Assembly: GCA_964016885.1 (NCBI GenBank) | Contig: OZ024740.1 | Span: 317,750,001-317,814,000 of the forward strand | Direction: 5' to 3' | DNA from: Eledone cirrhosa | Lineage: Eukaryota | Length of the DNA: 64,000 bases | Shown here: positions 62,501 through 64,000 of the stretch, piece after piece | How positions within the stretch are numbered: the stretch's first letter is position 1 | Layout: each line of letters opens with the position of its first letter | Program-made: the position numbers and the translations under genes | Notes under the pieces: model-generated | Seen by the model: the letters and a program-made list of their open reading frames with translations, nothing else | The model's database searches: none | What the model was told of the DNA's origin: nothing

Positions 62501-64000
62501 CACTCCTGACCTCCAATCTATATACCACTCAAGACTTCTAATTTATAAACCTCTCCAGACCTGCAATCTATACACCACTTCAGACCTCCAATCTATACAC
62601 CACTCAAACCCTCCAATCAATACACCACTCCAGACCTCCAATCTATACACCACTCCAGACCTCCAATCTATACACCACTCCAGACTTCTAATCTATACAC
62701 TACTCCAGACTTCCAATCTATACACCACTCCAGGCCCCCAATCTATACACCACTCCAGACCTCCAATCTATACACCACTCCAGACCTCCAATCTATACAC
62801 CACTCTAGACCAACAATCTATACACCACTCTAGACCTCCAATCCATACACCACTCCAGACATCCAATCTATACACCACTCCAGACCTTCAATCCATATAC
62901 CACTCCAGACTTCCAATCTATACACCACTCCAGACACCAAGCTATACACCATTCCAGACCTCCAATCTATACACCTCTCTAGACAACTAATCTATACACC
63001 ACTCAAGACCTCCAATCTATACACCACTCCAGACCTCCAATCTATACACCACTCCAGACCTTCAATCCATACACCACTCCAGACCTTCAATCTATACACC
63101 ACTCCAGACCTCCAAGCTATACACCACTCCAGACCTCCAATCTATACACCACTCTAGACCACTAATCTATACACCACTCAAGACCTCCAATCTATACACC
63201 ACTCCAGACCTCCAATCTATACACCACTACATACTTCCAATCTATACACCACTCCAGACCTCCAATATATACACCACTCTAAACCTCCAATCTATACACC
63301 ACTCCAGACCACCAATCTATACACCACTCCAGACCTCCAATCTATACACCAATCCAGACCTCCAATCTATACACCACTCCAGACTTCAAATCTATACACC
63401 ACTCCAGACTTCCAATCTATACACCACTCCACACTTCCAATCTATACACCACTCCAGACCTCCAAACTATACACCACTCTAGACTTCCAATCTATACACC
63501 ACTCCAGACCTTCAATCCATACACCATAACATACTTCCAATCTATACACCACTCCAGACTTCTAATCTATACACCACCCCAGACTTCTAATCTATACATC
63601 ACTCCAGAGCTCCAACTATACACCACTCCAGTATTCCAATCTATACACCACTCCAGGCCTCCAATCTATACACCATTCCAGACCACCAACCTATACACCA
63701 CTTCAGACCTCCAATCTATACACCACTCCAGCCCTCCAATATATACACCACTCCAGACTTCCAATCTATACACCACTCCAGACCTCCAATCTATACACCA
63801 CTCCTGACCTCCAATCTATATACCACTCAAGACTTCCAATCTCTACACCACTCCAGACTTCCAATCTATACACCACTCCAGGCCCCCAATCTATACACCA
63901 CTCCAGACCTCCAATCTATACACCACTCCAGACCTCCAATCTATACACCACTCCAGACCTTCAATCCATATACCACTCCAGACTTCCAATCTATACACCA
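53300..64000 (+). repeat. HOR block E: about 3.3 copies of a ~3.0 kb (~120 monomer) unit, continuing past the window end
   Basis: GAGCTCCAACTATAC at 54121/57191/60136/63607. ACACCAAACTATAC at 54521/57591/60536. ATTTATAAACCTCTCC at 55701/58671/61716, with an extra local copy at 62541. Confidence 0.9.

Larger units (their letters stand above)
1..64000 (+). repeat. 25-bp tandem satellite array, consensus CCTCCAATCTATACACCACTCCAGA, about 2,560 head-to-tail monomers, running off both window edges
   Basis: Bases 1-25 are the consensus, and AATCTATACACCACT or a close variant recurs about every 25 bp to the last base. All monomers have the same orientation. Occasional 24- and 26-bp monomers shift the phase. 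Confidence 0.99.

Noticed and set aside
145-63612. Frequent 6-bp palindromes (TCTAGA, CTCGAG, AGTACT, AGGCCT, GAGCTC, AGATCT, GATATC) suggesting engineered or selected restriction sites
   Set aside because: Each is 1-2 substitutions from the consensus TCCAGACCTCC and was multiplied by HOR amplification. They are useful as Southern-blot markers but are not evidence of design or function.
1-64000. CRISPR array (constant part plus variable part)
   Set aside because: The period is only 25 bp. The variable 10 bp are point variants of one consensus rather than unique spacers, and there is no leader or cas gene.
1-64000. Telomerase-synthesised telomere tract
   Set aside because: Kb-scale blocks with inherited ordered variants imply DNA-templated duplication rather than repeated copying of one RNA template. 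The motif resemblance is kept only as a hypothesis under findings.
1-64000. Embedded transposon, inversion, RNA gene or unique island
   Set aside because: Reading through the window I found no stretch departing from the monomer for more than a few bases and no G-rich (inverted) segment on the + strand.
1-64000. Sequencing or rolling-circle concatemer artefact
   Set aside because: Variants recur in exact, ordered, multi-kb patterns with a nested history, unlike random errors on one template. Local mis-assembly of individual HOR copies cannot be excluded without reads.

Overview
The whole 64 kb window is one uninterrupted, single-orientation tandem satellite array. The monomer is 25 bp, consensus CCTCCAATCTATACACCACTCCAGA, giving about 2,560 copies (64000/25). 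I saw no unique sequence, inversion, transposon insertion, RNA gene or credible protein-coding gene. The ORFs in the track are by-products of a + strand consensus with no stop codon: three monomers translate as PPIYTPLQTSNLYTTPDLQSIHHSR. The information lies in the order of variant monomers, which shows nested higher-order repeats (HORs): about 2.0 kb at 1.1-6.8 kb, about 3.1 kb at 6.8-15.8 kb, a mosaic zone at 16-31 kb, about 2.5-2.9 kb at 31.6-45.7 kb, about 2.2 kb at 49.2-53.5 kb and about 3.0 kb at 53.3-64 kb, with evidence for a 9,486 bp super-period. Other observations are extreme strand asymmetry (11 C vs 1 G per monomer), a conserved core resembling long budding-yeast telomeric repeats, a two-quartet G4-like motif on the - strand, microhomology-bounded deletions and spatial turnover of variants. 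This organisation is typical of eukaryotic satellite DNA, but the organism cannot be determined from the sequence. I found no evidence of a new gene-based system. HOR boundaries were placed by eye and are approximate; offsets between marker variants were counted from the coordinates.
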